This document shows positions 53,647 to 54,158 of a stretch of 54,158 nt of DNA, piece by piece (within the stretch, counting starts at the first letter, position 1; every line of letters begins with the position of its first letter). The notes under the pieces are model-generated. The model was given only the letters and a program-made list of their open reading frames with translations, made no database searches and was not told the origin of the DNA. Location: contig DAIEJF010000219.1 in assembly GCA_027351005.1 (NCBI GenBank), positions 1-54,158 of the forward strand, given 5' to 3'. Origin of the DNA: Paracoccaceae bacterium. GTDB lineage: Bacteria; Pseudomonadota; Alphaproteobacteria; Rhodobacterales; Rhodobacteraceae. The position numbers were made by a program, and so were the translations under genes.

Positions 53647-53846
53647 GGGATCATCCTCGGGAACGCAGGCCGGGCCCCGTGCCCGGCCCAGCCCGCTTAG
53701 TGAACCCGCCCCCCAAGGTCAAGTTTTCAAGCCCCGCTTTTCCCGGCCCGCGCAGACCCTGCGGCACCGGGGGCGCGACCCCGCCTCCCCTTGCCCGACC
53801 GCGCGGCCTTTCCTATTGTGACGACAAGCACAAAGGACGCACGCAG

Positions 53847-54158
53847 ATGAGTTTCGACACCGCCTCGATGACCCCTCAGGACAGCCTCGTGGCGCTGATG
53901 ATTGCCGTTTCCGCGTCGGATGAAACGATCCGCACTGCCGAACTGATGATGATCCAGGGCATCGTGAACCACCTGCCGGTCTTCGGCGGCTACGACCCCG
54001 ACCGGCTCAATCGCATCGCCCAGGTGGTCTTCGACCTGTTCGAAGAGGAAGACGGACTGGACGCGCTGTTCGGCCTCGTGCGCGACGCGCTGCCCGAACG
54101 GCTGCATGAAACGGCCTATGCGCTGGCCTGCGACGTGGCCGCGGCCGATGGCAAGCTG
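53847..54158 (+). CDS. TerB-like tellurite-resistance family protein (runs off the window)
   Basis: Not in the ORF track. Read manually: MSFDTASMTPQDSLVALMIAVSASD...ETAYALACDVAAADGKL, open to the end. Confidence 0.8.
   Translation, partial: MSFDTASMTPQDSLVALMIAVSASDETIRTAELMMIQGIVNHLPVFGGYDPDRLNRIAQVVFDLFEEEDGLDALFGLVRDALPERLHETAYALACDVAAADGKL

Noticed and set aside
53847-54158. ter stress/defence island
   Set aside because: A single truncated TerB-like gene divergent from lysS; no other ter genes are visible in the window.

Overview
High-GC chromosomal window from an Alphaproteobacterium; gene content and order point to Rhodobacteraceae. It is almost entirely core genome: the F1 ATP synthase operon atpHAGD (atpD cut by the window edge), gloB, clpA, hisC-tyrA, rpsD, tRNA-Phe(GAA), the hisD...infA-maf-RNase E/G-yacG cluster, ileS, trxB/Lrp, lgt-MidA-pgeF/ubiK, a ClC-CBS transporter, proC, ycjXF, truA, hsp20, purEK, acs-adk and class I lysS. 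I saw no integrase, transposase, prophage or CRISPR array. The items most worth a second look are: (1) an orphan MotA/ExbB-like plus MotB-like pair with a roughly 350-aa periplasmic coiled coil and a long cytoplasmic tail, resembling ZorAB but with no flagellar, Ton/Tol or Zorya partner genes; (2) two adjacent divergent genes (chaC-like and DUF2125-like), each broken by a single in-frame TAG; (3) one apparently active and one apparently dead Hint (bacterial intein-like) protein; (4) a candidate leaderless uORF/attenuator before ileS and a GNRA-rich structured leader before rpsD; (5) a perfect CtrA box ahead of a tailspike-like beta-helix gene. Family assignments come from motif recognition, not database searches. 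Start codons were adjusted by eye where the ORF track overextends.
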